A stretch of DNA of 64,000 nucleotides, from positions 18,217 to 82,216 of the forward strand of contig JBIOEX010000003.1 of assembly GCA_044446485.1 (NCBI GenBank), given 5' to 3'. Position numbers and translations under genes: made by a program. This document shows, piece by piece, positions 19,462 through 29,039 of the stretch. This DNA is from Solirubrobacterales bacterium (GTDB lineage Bacteria; Actinomycetota; Thermoleophilia; Solirubrobacterales; Solirubrobacteraceae). Below the pieces are notes generated by a model, which did not search any database, had not been told where the DNA came from, and was given only the letters and a program-made list of their open reading frames with translations. The first letter of the stretch is position 1, and every line of letters begins with the position of its first letter.

Positions 19462-21018
19462 TCATTGGACCTCGTTATTTCGACGTCTCTCAATGAAGGT
19501 GGCTGTGAAGAGACACAGCAGCATTACAGCTAGAATGGCAATTAGATCTGTTAGCTGTATCTCGGTTCCCAAGATTTCATCTGGTAGACCGAGAAACATG
19601 GCAAGGGTCAAAGCCCAGATTCCACTTGTTGCCGTCTTGGTTAGTCGGCCAGTGAAGACTCCGCAGATCGGTCCGACGGTGAGCATAGGGATGAGCACAA
19701 CGTGGCGGAGGACCGTATCTGTAGTCGCGATGATCGAGCAGAGGATGACCGCGAACCACCAAACCTGCGTGGCCGACCACCCTGGGACGAGCGACTGGTC
19801 GCGTACGGGAATCGCCGACGTGCGATAGGTCCGCAACAGGCGCTCCATTCCATGCTTAGTCGCTCGGAGCGGCGCGGTGAGCTTCCAGCTAACGGATGCA
19901 TGCACCGCGTCCAGCCACCTGCGTAGTCTGTCGATGTCCTCGCCGCGGCGCTCGAACTCGCGCGACTCGATCTCCTCGTTGAGGCTTCGCATTGCCAGCT
20001 CGCGTGAGGCCAATTGAGCGCGGAGGTCTGCGACTTGGGCATGTAGCTGCGCCTGCTGCCCAAGCTCGGTGCGCGTCTCGTCGATGGCCCCAACATGCTC
20101 TGTGAGTTTTGCCGCAGAACTGCCGAGATGGTCCCCCAGCAGCACGAGCTGGCGGGCAAAGGCCGAGTCCGCCAGCCGCAGCCGCTCGCCATCTCGAACG
20201 CCGGCGAGCGCCAGCGCATGGTCATATACGGCCCGGTCGGCAGCGTTGCGCTGTTCGATCAGGTCGAGGGCAGCAACTGTGACGAGAGTCTCCCCCGGTG
20301 CCGCCGCTACCGGGCGCCCTTGTTCACCGGTCACATTCAGCCTTCTCGGCTCGAGCGTCGCGCCAAACAGCCGCGCAAGCCCCTGCCATGCGCTGTCCCC
20401 AAGCTCCAAGACTCCAATAAAGCCCAGCGTTTCAAGTCTGCCTATCGCGTCTGAGGCGACTGCCTCTATGTCGGTCTCGGCGATGAAGCCTTCATCGGGA
20501 ATCCGTGCATCCCCGTCGAGAAGCGTACGGCAGACCTGATTGTCCACGGCGGGAGCGACTCGCGGCTCGGCCAGGAATCGCTCGAGGGACCCAAGTGCAT
20601 ACTCCTGTGGGCTATAAGGCCGCATAGCGTCGAAGATGTTGGGGGTGCGCCAGTACATATACACCGACAAGGTCCGCGCGCGAGGCTCCCGCAGGATCGT
20701 CCCGATCGCAGACGCCGGGGTGATCTGTAGCAGCGTGGTTAGCGAAAAGTGGCCGCTCACGGCCCTATAGCTACGCATCGATCGCAGATCTGCGTCCTCC
20801 GCAGCGATCAGGGCCCGCCACGGCGGCGGCAGCAACTCAAAGTCGCGGAAGGCACAGAAGGGGGAGGTGTCCATTCGTTGTGGCGCCAGAGAGCCCGCGG
20901 GTAGCGCGACTTCAAGCGCAGCATGAATGCTCGTACCCGCGCTCTTTGGGATGTGCATAAAGCAGCGAGGAGTGACCGGCGGGTTCGGCGCTCCTGGTGA
21001 GTCGAGGTCGTAAGTCAC
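19462..21018 (-). CDS. PAPS-dependent sulfotransferase (Sulfotransfer_2-like) + coiled coil + SVSWKLTAPLR + C-terminal TM bundle
   Basis: 5'-PSB loop FMHIPKSAGTS, SGHF, 3'-PB LREPRARTLSVY, RNAADRAVY. Confidence 0.85.
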   Translation of the reverse strand: MTYDLDSPGAPNPPVTPRCFMHIPKSAGTSIHAALEVALPAGSLAPQRMDTSPFCAFRDFELLPPPWRALIAAEDADLRSMRSYRAVSGHFSLTTLLQITPASAIGTILREPRARTLSVYMYWRTPNIFDAMRPYSPQEYALGSLERFLAEPRVAPAVDNQVCRTLLDGDARIPDEGFIAETDIEAVASDAIGRLETLGFIGVLELGDSAWQGLARLFGATLEPRRLNVTGEQGRPVAAAPGETLVTVAALDLIEQRNAADRAVYDHALALAGVRDGERLRLADSAFARQLVLLGDHLGSSAAKLTEHVGAIDETRTELGQQAQLHAQVADLRAQLASRELAMRSLNEEIESREFERRGEDIDRLRRWLDAVHASVSWKLTAPLRATKHGMERLLRTYRTSAIPVRDQSLVPGWSATQVWWFAVILCSIIATTDTVLRHVVLIPMLTVGPICGVFTGRLTKTATSGIWALTLAMFLGLPDEILGTEIQLTDLIAILAVMLLCLFTATFIERRRNNEVQ

Positions 21019-21682
21019 GCTTTCAGCCTAGATTATGGCGCTATGGCATGTATATATGTACCCCAAAGCACCGGTGCTCGCAGGCGATTCACGCTGCAGC
21101 GAGATACAGACACAGCCGGATGCGAGCTTCAAGTGGTTGGCCGGCCTCAACTACTCGCCAGAGTAGATTCTCGTGCCTGCCCTTACCACATTCCACTGCA
21201 TGGCTCTCTGTCTTGGTGAAGGTTGCCATGCGATCTCTTCGAGCGTGAAGATGACTCCCGAACTGCGTCACGATCACCCCTTGTTCATCGCTGAACGTCC
21301 ATCACCTTCAATATGACTTCCTGAGTGAGTGGCTATACGGCTGGCAACCGTCATTTCTCCCCCTCAGGCAATTTTTCACATCAATCCAAACGCCAGATCC
21401 TCGGTGCCCCAACGACTGCTTCAGGTAAACTTCAATCATGTCAGCTGCACAAGCCGATTCATCGGCAGGCTCCTTTCCCAAACGTTCCCCCAGTGACCCT
21501 CGTCCAGATCGCGCCTCGGGTCTATGGAGTTCTCGTCATGTTGCTACTCGCGATGTCATTCGCTGGCTCGGCGAGTCCCGGGCATGCGGGGCACTCGTTG
21601 CTGGCAACGCCCGATAGTGCCAGCACCCCGATGGCTGAGACCTTGATCTCTCTCGGAACGTACGGCGAACGGCCGGCCGCTC

Positions 21683-22885
21683 GTGGTAGCGTCCGTGGCC
21701 GTGTCCACGCCGGGTCAGTCGCTGCCGCGTCGCGTCATCCTGCGCTCGGCCCAGCGGATCATTCAGGCGTTGGAGGAGCAGCGGTTCGAGTCCGTCGAGT
21801 CGATTCCACCAAGCCTCCGGGAGGATGAGGTGCCGTCTCCCGCGCCCACCGACGGATCGGCCACGATAGACAGGGTCAGCGACAAGCAGTCGGTAGAGCA
21901 AGATCCGGTCGCCGAGCCGCCTCCCGGCGCGCCGGGACGCTTTGAACGCAACCTGGCTCCCGGCAACTTCCCAGATGATCGACAGTCGGTCAGCCGGATG
22001 CTCTATGAGCGCTTGTCCCAGGGGGACCTGTCCGCTGTAGAGAGCGCAATCGGTGAGCACCCTGAGCTGGCGACGATGTTCGCGGAAGCGGCAACGATTG
22101 ATGCTCGTGTACCGCTAGTCCTCTCCTACGGCATGTGGCTATGTCATCCAGCCGTCATCGCGAAGACCGGATTGAGCGCCGAGCAGCCGCCCGAGAGCAT
22201 TCACGCGATGGCCCGAGGACCCCTCGCCGCCGCAGGTGGCCTTTATGAGGCCGATTTCGTTGTAAACGCGCTTGCCAGCGCCGGCATCAATATGGCCAAC
22301 GTAAGAACCACACTCGATTTCGGCTGCTCTTCTGGGCGCGTAGTTCGAGTTCTCCAAGCCGCTTATCCAGAGGCTCGATGGCACGCATGCGATCCCAATC
22401 AACAGGCCATCGAGTGGGCGCAGCGCGGGCTGCCGGGCATCGAGTTCTTCATAAACGGCGACGAGCCGCCGCTGCCGCTCGATGACGGTTCCCTGGACTT
22501 GGCCTATGCGATTTCGATCTGGTCACACTTCGAGCCGCAACTCGGCCTGCGCTGGTTCGAGGAGATGCACCGTCTGATCCGTCCTGACGGCCACCTCGTC
22601 TGCACGACCCATGGTCCCACGTCTATCGCCTTCTACGCCACCCGCGGTCTACGTACGCTCGAGCAGTCGCAGGAGATCCTTGACTCGCTCTACCGTCAGG
22701 GCTGGTGGTATGCGCCCGAGTTCGGCGAGGAGGGCGATTGGGGGGTGGTCAACCCCGATTGGGGCACGGCGTTCCTGTCGCCTGAGTGGATACTCACGCA
22801 ACTCTGCCCGCGCTGGCGCGTTCTGGAGTTTGCACCAGGTCGCAACCAGGACAACCAAGACGTATACGTGCTCCAGCGCGTCTGA
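21683..22885 (+). CDS. Class I SAM methyltransferase
   Basis: LDFGCSSGRV, AISIWSH, GHLVCTTHG, NQDVYVL; start uncertain. Confidence 0.85.
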   Translation: MVASVAVSTPGQSLPRRVILRSAQRIIQALEEQRFESVESIPPSLREDEVPSPAPTDGSATIDRVSDKQSVEQDPVAEPPPGAPGRFERNLAPGNFPDDRQSVSRMLYERLSQGDLSAVESAIGEHPELATMFAEAATIDARVPLVLSYGMWLCHPAVIAKTGLSAEQPPESIHAMARGPLAAAGGLYEADFVVNALASAGINMANVRTTLDFGCSSGRVVRVLQAAYPEARWHACDPNQQAIEWAQRGLPGIEFFINGDEPPLPLDDGSLDLAYAISIWSHFEPQLGLRWFEEMHRLIRPDGHLVCTTHGPTSIAFYATRGLRTLEQSQEILDSLYRQGWWYAPEFGEEGDWGVVNPDWGTAFLSPEWILTQLCPRWRVLEFAPGRNQDNQDVYVLQRV

Positions 22886-22938
22886 GCGGGCGCTGGCATG
22901 CATAGCGCAGCAGCCACGGTTGCTAGCGTTCATCGACC

Positions 22939-24183
22939 TTGTCGACCACCACTCTTCAACCGGCAACCACGCCCGCGGCCACCGGGTCGAGCGCTCCTGT
23001 CGCCGTCTCGGTCGAGAACGTCAGCAAGACCTTCCGGCTGCCCCACCAGCAGTACTCCACGCTCAAGGAGCGCGTGCTGCACCCGCTGCGCGGCACCACC
23101 TACGACGAGCTGCATGCCGTCCAGGACATCTCGCTTCAGATCACGGAGGGAGAATTCTTTGGGATCGTCGGACGCAACGGGAGCGGCAAGAGCACGCTGC
23201 TGAAGTGCATCGCCGGCATTTACGGCGTCGATACAGGGCGTATCTCGATCGCTGGTCGGCTCTCTCCGTTCATCGAGCTCGGCGTCGGCTTCAACCCCGA
23301 CCTGAACGCTCGCGACAACGTCGTCATCAACGCAATCATGCTCGGGCTCAGCCGCAAACAGGCGATGGAGCGCTTCGAGCATGTCGTCGCCTTCGCCGAA
23401 CTCGAGGGGTTCATGGACATGCGCCTGAAGAACTACTCCTCGGGAATGCTCGTGCGTCTGGCCTTCGCCACAGCGATCCAGGTCGACGCCGAGATCCTGC
23501 TGATCGACGAGGTGCTGGCCGTCGGCGATGCAGCCTTCCAGCAGAAGTGCTTCGAGGAGTTCTTCCGCCTCAAGCGCGAAGGCAGGACGATCGTGTTCGT
23601 CTCCCACGATATGCATTCAGTCGAGCGCTTCTGCGACCGCGCGATGCTGATGGAGCGCGGTCAGATGACCAAGATCGGCGACCCGCGCGAGATCGGCCGC
23701 GCGTATCACGAGCTGAACTTCGGCCAGCTAGCTCACGACGCCCCCGAGGAGAGCCACTCCGCGAACGGCACCGCGATCGCCGACGCGTGGTTCGAGAACG
23801 AGCAGGGTGAGCGCGTCATCAGCGTCAGCCAAGAGGAGGCGCTAAGCGTCTGCTTCGAGGCGCAGCTCAGCGAGGACCTGCACGAACCGGTCTTTGCAAT
23901 CACGGTGCGCACCGAGCTCGGCCACACGATCATCGTCGCCCGCTCCGATCAGCATGGGAAAGCGAGCGGATCGTTCAAGGTCGGCGAGGCGGTCGTCGCG
24001 CGCTTTGCGATGCCCAACTGGCTGACGCCGAGCCGCTACCTCGTGACGCCATCCCTCGCGCGCGAGGGAACCGGCGAGCAGGCGCTCGCGATGGTCGAGG
24101 ACATGGCCTCGATCATGGTCCACGGGACGGGCAGCGGCGGCATCCTCGAGCTGCCGATCGACGTACGACTGGAGCGGCTGTGA
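22939..24183 (+). CDS. wzt: Polysaccharide ABC transporter ATP-binding subunit with C-terminal Wzt_C domain
   Basis: GRNGSGKST, YSSGM, LLIDEVLAVGD, VSHD; ~160-aa beta-rich C-terminal extension. Confidence 0.93.
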   Translation: MSTTTLQPATTPAATGSSAPVAVSVENVSKTFRLPHQQYSTLKERVLHPLRGTTYDELHAVQDISLQITEGEFFGIVGRNGSGKSTLLKCIAGIYGVDTGRISIAGRLSPFIELGVGFNPDLNARDNVVINAIMLGLSRKQAMERFEHVVAFAELEGFMDMRLKNYSSGMLVRLAFATAIQVDAEILLIDEVLAVGDAAFQQKCFEEFFRLKREGRTIVFVSHDMHSVERFCDRAMLMERGQMTKIGDPREIGRAYHELNFGQLAHDAPEESHSANGTAIADAWFENEQGERVISVSQEEALSVCFEAQLSEDLHEPVFAITVRTELGHTIIVARSDQHGKASGSFKVGEAVVARFAMPNWLTPSRYLVTPSLAREGTGEQALAMVEDMASIMVHGTGSGGILELPIDVRLERL

Positions 24184-25076
24184 GCTCGGCCTCGGAGGTC
24201 GGGCTGCCGGTCCCGTCGAAGAGCCCGCCGGCGAGCCACCGCGTCTACGGCCCCTCGGCGCTCGGCGGCGGTGTTCACCGCTTCTGGTCGCTGACGTTCA
24301 TGCTCGCGCGCACCGAATTCAAGCTGCGCTTCTTCGGCTCTGTGTTCGGCTACCTGTGGACACTCGTGCGACCGCTGATGTTCTTTGGCGTGCTGCTGTT
24401 CGTCTTCACGGTGCTGTTCAAGCCGAAGGGGGGTCAGGTCCCGCACTACCCCGAGTACCTGCTCGAGTCGATCATCCTCTTCACCTACTTCCAGGAAACG
24501 ACCACTGGCTCGGTGCAGAGCCTCGTCGGTCGCGAGAACCTGCTGCGCAAGGTGCGCTTCCCGCGCTTGGTAGTCCCCCTGTCGGTGGCGCTGTTCTGCT
24601 TCTTCAACCTGTGCATGAACCTGATCGTCGTGTTTAGCTTTATCTTGCTCAGCGGCGTCACGCCGATGTGGAGCTGGTTTGAGCTGCCGCTCCTAGTCGG
24701 CCTGATCGTGATCCTCTCGACCGGCATCGGCATGCTGCTGTCGGCGCTCTACGTTCGCTTTCGCGATATACAGCCGATCTGGGAAGTGCTCTCGCAGATC
24801 CTCTTCTACGCGACGCCGATCCTGTACACGATCCAGACCGTGCCCGGCCATTCGCTGTTCGGTGTCCCGTTCTCGCGGATCCTCGTGCTCAACCCGCTCG
24901 GCGCGATCCTCACACAGGCGCGTAAGGCGCTGCTCGACCCGCACGCTCCGTCCGTCGTCGCCGCGCTCGGAGGAGCGCCGCGTCTGTTGATCCCACTCGG
25001 CATCATCTTTGCGCTGTTTGCGATCGGACTGTGGTATTTCAACCGCGAGGCGCCGCTGATTTCGGAGAGGCTGTAG
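24180..25076 (+). CDS. wzm: Polysaccharide ABC transporter permease
   Basis: FGYLWTLVRPL, LRKVRFPR, RFRDIQ, FYATPILY, LNPL; GTGA overlap with wzt. Confidence 0.93.
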   Translation: MSSASEVGLPVPSKSPPASHRVYGPSALGGGVHRFWSLTFMLARTEFKLRFFGSVFGYLWTLVRPLMFFGVLLFVFTVLFKPKGGQVPHYPEYLLESIILFTYFQETTTGSVQSLVGRENLLRKVRFPRLVVPLSVALFCFFNLCMNLIVVFSFILLSGVTPMWSWFELPLLVGLIVILSTGIGMLLSALYVRFRDIQPIWEVLSQILFYATPILYTIQTVPGHSLFGVPFSRILVLNPLGAILTQARKALLDPHAPSVVAALGGAPRLLIPLGIIFALFAIGLWYFNREAPLISERL

Positions 25077-25078
25077 AG

Positions 25079-25360
25079 ATGAGCGCCGCCGAGACATCCA
25101 GCGATCAGCAACTCCAAGCGGAGGTCGAGCGCCTTCGCGCCCGCGTGAGTTCGCTGGAGGCCGAGCTCGTAGAGGTCCAGGACCGCGCGAACGCCGCAGT
25201 CGCTGAGTGGCAAGAGCGCGCCTACTGGCTCGACCGCTGGCACGTCGACCTCAACACACTGATGCGCAAGCCGGGCGCCGCGCAGCTGCGGGGAGCGCTG
25301 CGGGGTGTCCGGGCGGTGATGCGCGCGTTCCGACAAGCCAAGCGCCGGCTGCGTTCGTGA
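25079..25360 (+). CDS. Small coiled-coil protein with basic amphipathic C-terminus
   Basis: LQAEVERLRARVSSLEAELVEVQDRAN heptads; 2 nt after wzm stop, stop overlaps next GTG. Confidence 0.75.
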   Translation: MSAAETSSDQQLQAEVERLRARVSSLEAELVEVQDRANAAVAEWQERAYWLDRWHVDLNTLMRKPGAAQLRGALRGVRAVMRAFRQAKRRLRS

Positions 25361-27498
25361 GCGACGCCTTCAGCGTGCCCAGCGTGTCGGTGGTGATTCC
25401 CGTCAGGGACGGGGAGCGTTACCTGGAGGAGCTGCTGGCGGCACTGGCGCGCGAGGTGGTTAACGAGACGCTCGTGATCGACTCCGGCTCGCATGACCGC
25501 TCGCTCCAGATCGCCCGCGCCGCGGGCGTTGAGTTGCTGGAGATCGAGCCCGGGGAGTTCGGCCATGGGCGCACCCGCAACCTGGGCGCACAGCGTACGA
25601 GCGGCGAGCTGATCTGCTTCCTCACTCAGGACGCCACCCCGCGCCCAGGCTGGCTAGGCGCCTACCGCGAGGCGTTCGCACTCGACGAGCGTGTCGGTGC
25701 GGCCTACGGGCCGCACCTGCCGCGAGCAGACACCAGCCCAATGATCGCCCGCGAGCTGACCGAGTTCTTCGCCGGCTTCTCACCCGACGGGCAGCCCACA
25801 CTGCAACGCCCCGGTGACCCTACGTTCCTGTCGAACGTAAACGCCTGCTACGCACGCGCCTGCTGGGAGGAGATCCGCTTTCGCGACGTCGCCTACTCCG
25901 AGGACCAGGCGTTTGGTAGCGACCTGCTCGACGCCGGCTGGAGCAAGGTCTACCACCCTGGCGCCGCCGTCTTGCACGCGCACGACTACGGGGCTCTGGA
26001 GTTCATGCGCCGCTACTTCGACGAGTACCGCGGCTTGCGCGAGAGCACCGGGCACATCGAGCCGTTCGCGCCCGCGGGCGCCGCTCGCCAGGTTGCGGGT
26101 GCCGTGGCAGCCGACCGGCGCTGGATGGCTGAGCGGGACTTCGGTGACGCACAGAAGGCCCGCTGGACCGCACGCGCCGTGGTCCATCACGGCGGCCGGC
26201 GCATGTTCTCCGCACTTGGCTCACGGGCCGATCGACTGCCCGCGCCCGTGCGCGGACGACTGTCGCTAGAGGGTCGCGACGATCGTGCCAGTGCGGCCGA
26301 CCCGGTTCCAGAGGTGGACGTCTCGCCGGTTCCCCCGAGCACGCACATGCCGCCCAAGCGCGACCACGACGACTACGAGGACGTCGCCCGCTTCTGGCGG
26401 GAGGGTTCTGCGGAGCTGCTCGATCCCGTGCCCGGTATGGCTGAGCGCGAGCGTCTGCGCCTGGCGCTGATAATCCCATCCTTCCGACGCGGGAGCGGGG
26501 GGCACAACACACTGCTGCAGATCTTCTCGAGGTTGGAGAAGCGCGGGCACCTATGCAGCGTCTGGCTGCACGACTTCACCGGCCAGCACAACGCCGAGTG
26601 GCCGGCCGTCATTCGCGCTGATATCAGGGAGTTCTTCGCTCCGATCGAGGGCCCCGTCTACAAGGGCTTTGACCAGTGGCAAGGCGCAGATGTTGCGATG
26701 GCCACCGGGTGGCAGACAGTGCACCCCGCACTGATGCTCGATCAGTGCCGCGCCCGGGCCTACATCGTCAACGACCACGAGCCAGAGTTCTATGCCGCCT
26801 CGACCGAGCGCGAAATGGCCGAGGACACCTATCGGCATGACCTGCACTGCATCGCTGCCAGCCCATGGCTGCGCGACCTGCTGATCGATCGCTACGCTGC
26901 GAGCGCCGACGCCTTCCAGCTCGGGGTGGACCACAGCCTCTACCAGCCCCGTCCCGTGACCCGCCGGCAGGACACGGTCATCTACTACGCGCGCCACGTC
27001 ACGCCACGGCGCGCGGTGCCGGTTGGGCTGATGGCGCTCTCGGAGCTACATCGCCGCCGACCCGATCTGCGGATAGTGCTGTTCGGCGACGAGGGACAAC
27101 TCGAGAGCCCGTTCCCCTACGAGCACCTTGGTGTACTAACCCCTCCCCAACTCGCGACGCTCTACTCCGAAGCCACAGTCGGCCTGTGCCTATCGCTGAC
27201 CAACTTCTCGCTGATGCCCAAGGAGATGCTCGCCTGCGGGCTGCCCTGCGTCGAGCTCGCAGGTGTGAGCGCCGAGTCGATCTTCGGCGCCAACGGCCCG
27301 CTCGAGCTGGCAACGCTCGATCCGCAGGCAATCGCCGATGCGCTCGAGCGGCTGCTGGATGACCGTGAGCGCTGGGAGCGCCGGTCGCGCGAGGGCATCG
27401 AGTTCGTCGCCTCGCACACCTGGGAGCACGCGACAGACGAGGTCGAAGCCGGCTTGCGCCACGCCTTGCGCGAGCGCGAAGAGGTCATGCTGCCCTAG
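25357..27498 (+). CDS. Bifunctional glycosyltransferase: GT2 + WsaF-like GT4 (putative rhamnosyltransferase)
   Basis: VSVVIPVRDG, FGHGRTRN, LTQDA, SEDQ; then GSGGHNT, ATGWQT, DHEPEFY, EMLACG. Confidence 0.88.
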   Translation: MSDAFSVPSVSVVIPVRDGERYLEELLAALAREVVNETLVIDSGSHDRSLQIARAAGVELLEIEPGEFGHGRTRNLGAQRTSGELICFLTQDATPRPGWLGAYREAFALDERVGAAYGPHLPRADTSPMIARELTEFFAGFSPDGQPTLQRPGDPTFLSNVNACYARACWEEIRFRDVAYSEDQAFGSDLLDAGWSKVYHPGAAVLHAHDYGALEFMRRYFDEYRGLRESTGHIEPFAPAGAARQVAGAVAADRRWMAERDFGDAQKARWTARAVVHHGGRRMFSALGSRADRLPAPVRGRLSLEGRDDRASAADPVPEVDVSPVPPSTHMPPKRDHDDYEDVARFWREGSAELLDPVPGMAERERLRLALIIPSFRRGSGGHNTLLQIFSRLEKRGHLCSVWLHDFTGQHNAEWPAVIRADIREFFAPIEGPVYKGFDQWQGADVAMATGWQTVHPALMLDQCRARAYIVNDHEPEFYAASTEREMAEDTYRHDLHCIAASPWLRDLLIDRYAASADAFQLGVDHSLYQPRPVTRRQDTVIYYARHVTPRRAVPVGLMALSELHRRRPDLRIVLFGDEGQLESPFPYEHLGVLTPPQLATLYSEATVGLCLSLTNFSLMPKEMLACGLPCVELAGVSAESIFGANGPLELATLDPQAIADALERLLDDRERWERRSREGIEFVASHTWEHATDEVEAGLRHALREREEVMLP

Positions 27499-29039
27499 CC
27501 GTAGTAGCGCGAGATCGTGAGCGTCTCCGCGAACAGGCCGTGGGCCATCGCCAGCACCACCAGCAGCGCCCCGAGCACCGGCGCCCAGCGCCGGCCGACC
27601 CCGCGCGCCGCGAAGACCAGGAACAGCGCATAGAAGGCCGCGAGCGGGAATAGGTAGCGAGCCTGCTCGAAGGGGAAGCCAGTGCTCAGGCGGTAGCGGA
27701 TTCCGGCGTAGCCGATCGCCCCCAGCAGACCGACGGCCATGACCGCGAAGCAGGCGAAGATCGGCAGCATCGGCCCGATCGCCCGGCGCACTCGCACCAG
27801 CCCCACCAGCGCGAGCACGGTGAGCGCCTCGACGAGGTAGCGGCCGTCGGAGTAGACCCACGATGGGAACGTGTAGTCGAGCCAGCCGAAGTGGCCGATG
27901 GAACCGTTGACCCAGATTGCCCAGATAGGGTCCGACGTGAAGTAGGTGTGGTGCATGAACCACAGCCGCGGCAGGTAGAGCTGCCAGACGTAGTCGAGCG
28001 TCTGCGGCAGGGTCACCACCCCTCCGCCCGGCAGTGCGCTGTTGGTGGCGCCCGCGACGCCCCCCGCGGTGGGGCTGCCGCGGTGCCAGACGGTCACGTT
28101 CAGCAAGGCGTAGAGCAGCACCGGCGCCGCGGCGACGAGGACCGCTGCGGCGAGCGCCCGCAGGGCCGCGCCGCGACCATCGTGGCGGGCGCGCCAGGCG
28201 AGCAGCGCCAGCGCGAGGGCGATCCCGGGGAGCAGGGCGATGAACGTGAGCTTGGCGAGCACGCCCGCGGCGACGACGGCTCCGATCCAGATCGCGCGAC
28301 GCATCGTCAGCCTGCGCCGGTAGGCGCGCAGGAGCAGCAGGATGGTCAGGCTGGAGGTGAGGAACAGCAGGTTGTCTCCGTGGACTCCAGCCGCGATGAA
28401 GTCGAACGTCGGTTGGAAGGCGACCGCGAGCGCCCCGACCGTCCAGGCCCACGGCGTTTGCGGCATGAGCTCGCGCAGGAAGAGGAAGATTGCAAGTACC
28501 GTGCCCGCCGCCATCAGCGCGGAGAGCAGGCGCATGAGGGCGAGCCTGGCGAGGATGTCGTGCGACGGGGAGAGCCGGTAGGGGATCGCCTCGAGCGCGT
28601 AATAGAGCGGCGGCTGGTTGGTGACCGTGCTGACACCGCCCTGGCCGACCGGGCTGGGATGGGTCGCGAGCGCCGTACGCAGGGCATGGTCGTCTTCCGG
28701 CGTGAGGATCCCCCGCAGCTGCGGACGACCGATCACGCTGTAGAAGAAGAGGTGTTCAAGCGCCACCTCCTCCTCGGGGGAGTATTGGGCGCCCGATCCC
28801 TGTGGCGGCGGCTTGCCTGTCTCGGCGAGATATTGGGCATAGCCGAAGTGAGCGATCTCATCGGGTACCTGGAATGGCGGGACGACGACTCCCCAGATGG
28901 CTGCATTCACAAAAGCGATGAGAAAGCACATACGCCCGGCGCGAGGGATGCGACGCCACCGATGTGCGATCCCAGCGACGGCCCGGCGCCCAACCCGCCG
29001 CGTAGCCCCGCTCCGCCCCTGCGCAAGCACGGTGCTCAC
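27495..29039 (-). CDS. DUF2142 / GT-C-fold multi-TM membrane glycosyltransferase-like protein
   Basis: PPFQVPDEIAH, QPPLYY, many TM helices, QARYLFP; GTGA overlap with upstream gene. Confidence 0.8.
   Translation of the reverse strand: MSTVLAQGRSGATRRVGRRAVAGIAHRWRRIPRAGRMCFLIAFVNAAIWGVVVPPFQVPDEIAHFGYAQYLAETGKPPPQGSGAQYSPEEEVALEHLFFYSVIGRPQLRGILTPEDDHALRTALATHPSPVGQGGVSTVTNQPPLYYALEAIPYRLSPSHDILARLALMRLLSALMAAGTVLAIFLFLRELMPQTPWAWTVGALAVAFQPTFDFIAAGVHGDNLLFLTSSLTILLLLRAYRRRLTMRRAIWIGAVVAAGVLAKLTFIALLPGIALALALLAWRARHDGRGAALRALAAAVLVAAAPVLLYALLNVTVWHRGSPTAGGVAGATNSALPGGGVVTLPQTLDYVWQLYLPRLWFMHHTYFTSDPIWAIWVNGSIGHFGWLDYTFPSWVYSDGRYLVEALTVLALVGLVRVRRAIGPMLPIFACFAVMAVGLLGAIGYAGIRYRLSTGFPFEQARYLFPLAAFYALFLVFAARGVGRRWAPVLGALLVVLAMAHGLFAETLTISRYYG

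Noticed and set aside
21019-21682. Small genes or IS remnant in the AT-richer spacer (ORFs 21089-21277, 21325-21828)
   Set aside because: No recognisable motifs, terminal repeats or host-like codon pattern; left unexplained
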